64,000 bases of DNA, from the NCBI GenBank assembly GCA_965226545.1, contig OZ245364.1, forward strand, positions 171,499-235,498, written 5' to 3'. This document shows positions 62,337-64,000 of this stretch, in pieces (position 1 is the first letter of the stretch; the number at the start of each line of letters is the position of its first letter). The notes beneath the pieces are model-generated. The model saw only the letters and a list, made by a program, of their open reading frames with translations. It searched no databases and was not told where the DNA came from. A program made the position numbers and the translations under genes. This DNA comes from Candidatus Poriferihabitaceae bacterium (GTDB taxonomy: Bacteria; Pseudomonadota; Gammaproteobacteria; Arenicellales; Poriferihabitantaceae).

Positions 62337-64000
62337 ATGGCCACCCGCATTCAACGAAGACGTTTTGGCATCACCGCCGTGCCGCTGGCATTGGCGGTGT
62401 TGTTGGCGGTCAATTTGCTGGCCGGGCTTATCGGTTCGCGCGCGCGCATCGATTTAACCGACAACAATGTTTTTTCATTGTCGCAAGGCACGCGCAACAT
62501 CTTGGCGTCGTTGGATGAACCGATTGAGTTGCGGCTGTTTTTATCGCGCGACGGCTTGCGCGAATTGCCGGCATTGGGCTGGCATGTCGCGCGCGTTCAA
62601 GGGTTGCTGGATGAATATTCGCGCCGCGCCGGCGGCAATTTAACCGTCAAATTCGAAGACCCGGAACCGTTTTCCGAAGCCGAAGACCGCGCGGTCGCGT
62701 ATGGTTTGTCGGGCGTGCCGGTCGGCGGCGAAGGGCAGTTTTATTTTGGGCTGGTTGGCGAAAGTTCGGTCGGGGCGATTGAAACCATTCCGTTTTTCTC
62801 CGAACAGCGCGAACAATATTTGGAATACGATTTAACTCGATTGATTCACCGCTTGGCAAACCCAACGCCGCCGACGGTCGGGCTGGTCAGCGGGCTGCCG
62901 ATGCAAGGCGGCGAAGGGCAGCCGGCGTGGACGGTGTTGGCGCAAGTGCGCGAATCGTTCTCGGTGCGCGAAGTGCAATTGGACGGCGGCGACATCGCCG
63001 ACGACATCGGCGTGCTGTTCATCGTACAACCGCCCGAATGGAGCGAAGCGGCGCTGTATGCGCTGGATCAATTCGTGCTTGGCGGCGGGCGGGTGTTGTT
63101 GTATGTCGATTCGTTTTCCGAAGCCTTGCCGCCGAGTTCCGAAACCGCCGCGGCCGTCAATCCATTGCTGCAACAATGGGGCGTGAAACTGGCGACGGAT
63201 AAAATCGCCGCCGATGTGCAGCGTTCGATAAATGTGCAAGTGCAGCGCGACGGGCGCATCGGCAATGCGCAATATCCGCTGTGGATGAATTTAACCCGCG
63301 ATGAATTGGACGGCGAGGATGTCATCAGCGCCAACCTTAACAACATGATTTTTGCCACCGCCGGCTATTTCGAAGCGGTCGCCGACGCCGATGTAACAAT
63401 GACGCCGTTGGCGACCACTACCTCGCGCGCCGCGCAATACGACCGCGCGAAAATTTATCAAGGCGTCGACCCGGAAATTTTATTGCGCGATTATCAACCG
63501 CTCGGGCGCAAGTTGGCGTTGGCGGTGCGATTGAACGGTGATGCGAGCAGCGCATTCGACGGCAAGGTCGCGGAGGCTGAGTGGTCGCGCCCGCATCGCG
63601 CCGAATCCGTCGAGCCGATTAACATCATCGCGGTCGCCGACGCCGATTTGTTGCAGGACAGATTTTGGGTGCGCGTACAAAACATTTTCGGCGCGCAGAT
63701 TTCATTGCCGTATGCGGCCAACGGCGCGTTTGTTGTCAACGCGCTGGAAAATCTTGCCGGCAACAATGATTTAATCAGCGTGCGCGACCGCCCGTCGCCG
63801 TTCCGTCCGTTTACCTTGGTGCAGCGGATTCGCAGCGACGCCGATTTGCGCTATCGCAGCAAGGAAAAGGAATTGTTGGATTCATTAAATCAAGCCGAGG
63901 CGCGATTGCGCGAATTGGAAAAGGCGCGCGGCGACCAAAACGAAGCCTTGATTGACAAACAACGCGAAGCCGAAATCGCCAACTATCGCTTGGAAAAAGT
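62337..64000 (+). CDS. GldG-family ABC auxiliary protein; 3' end beyond window
   Basis: Not in the ORF track. Manual translation: MATRIQRRRFG...RIDLTDNNVFSLSQGTRNILASLDEPI...DPEPFSEAEDRA..YGL...YFGL...LEYDLTR, open to the window end. Confidence 0.88.
   Translation, partial: MATRIQRRRFGITAVPLALAVLLAVNLLAGLIGSRARIDLTDNNVFSLSQGTRNILASLDEPIELRLFLSRDGLRELPALGWHVARVQGLLDEYSRRAGGNLTVKFEDPEPFSEAEDRAVAYGLSGVPVGGEGQFYFGLVGESSVGAIETIPFFSEQREQYLEYDLTRLIHRLANPTPPTVGLVSGLPMQGGEGQPAWTVLAQVRESFSVREVQLDGGDIADDIGVLFIVQPPEWSEAALYALDQFVLGGGRVLLYVDSFSEALPPSSETAAAVNPLLQQWGVKLATDKIAADVQRSINVQVQRDGRIGNAQYPLWMNLTRDELDGEDVISANLNNMIFATAGYFEAVADADVTMTPLATTTSRAAQYDRAKIYQGVDPEILLRDYQPLGRKLALAVRLNGDASSAFDGKVAEAEWSRPHRAESVEPINIIAVADADLLQDRFWVRVQNIFGAQISLPYAANGAFVVNALENLAGNNDLISVRDRPSPFRPFTLVQRIRSDADLRYRSKEKELLDSLNQAEARLRELEKARGDQNEALIDKQREAEIANYRLEK

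Noticed and set aside
60509-64000. Gliding motility system
   Set aside because: GldAFG-like ABC modules are widespread in non-gliding proteobacteria, and no other gliding genes are present in the window.

Overview
GC-rich gammaproteobacterial chromosome segment spanning the replication-origin region. It contains rsmG-parA-parB followed by a beta-class DNA MTase that runs off the left edge, and dnaA-oriC-dnaN-gyrB in which recF is replaced by a ~1.8 kb non-coding tract carrying four parS sites. Also present: pckA; TPP-riboswitch-controlled thiBPQ; a GcvT/DMGDH-like flavoprotein; degQ-rpe-trpE-trpG-trpC (no trpD) with a coupled phage-type YqaJ exonuclease; an atypical GIY-YIG gene; a Type III R-M operon with an AbiJ/HEPN-like gene between mod and res; sthA, qor, gluQ; a frameshifted frc; a ~2500-aa Ig-repeat autotransporter; and a GldAFG-like ABC system. 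Two window-wide signals stand out. Almost every spacer is filled with a locally distinct, drifting short-period repeat, which in trpG and thiQ appears to extend the protein. GATC and AGCT are nearly absent. A host-associated (e.g. marine invertebrate symbiont) lifestyle is an inference only. All family calls come from motif recognition by eye; no database searches or counts were run.
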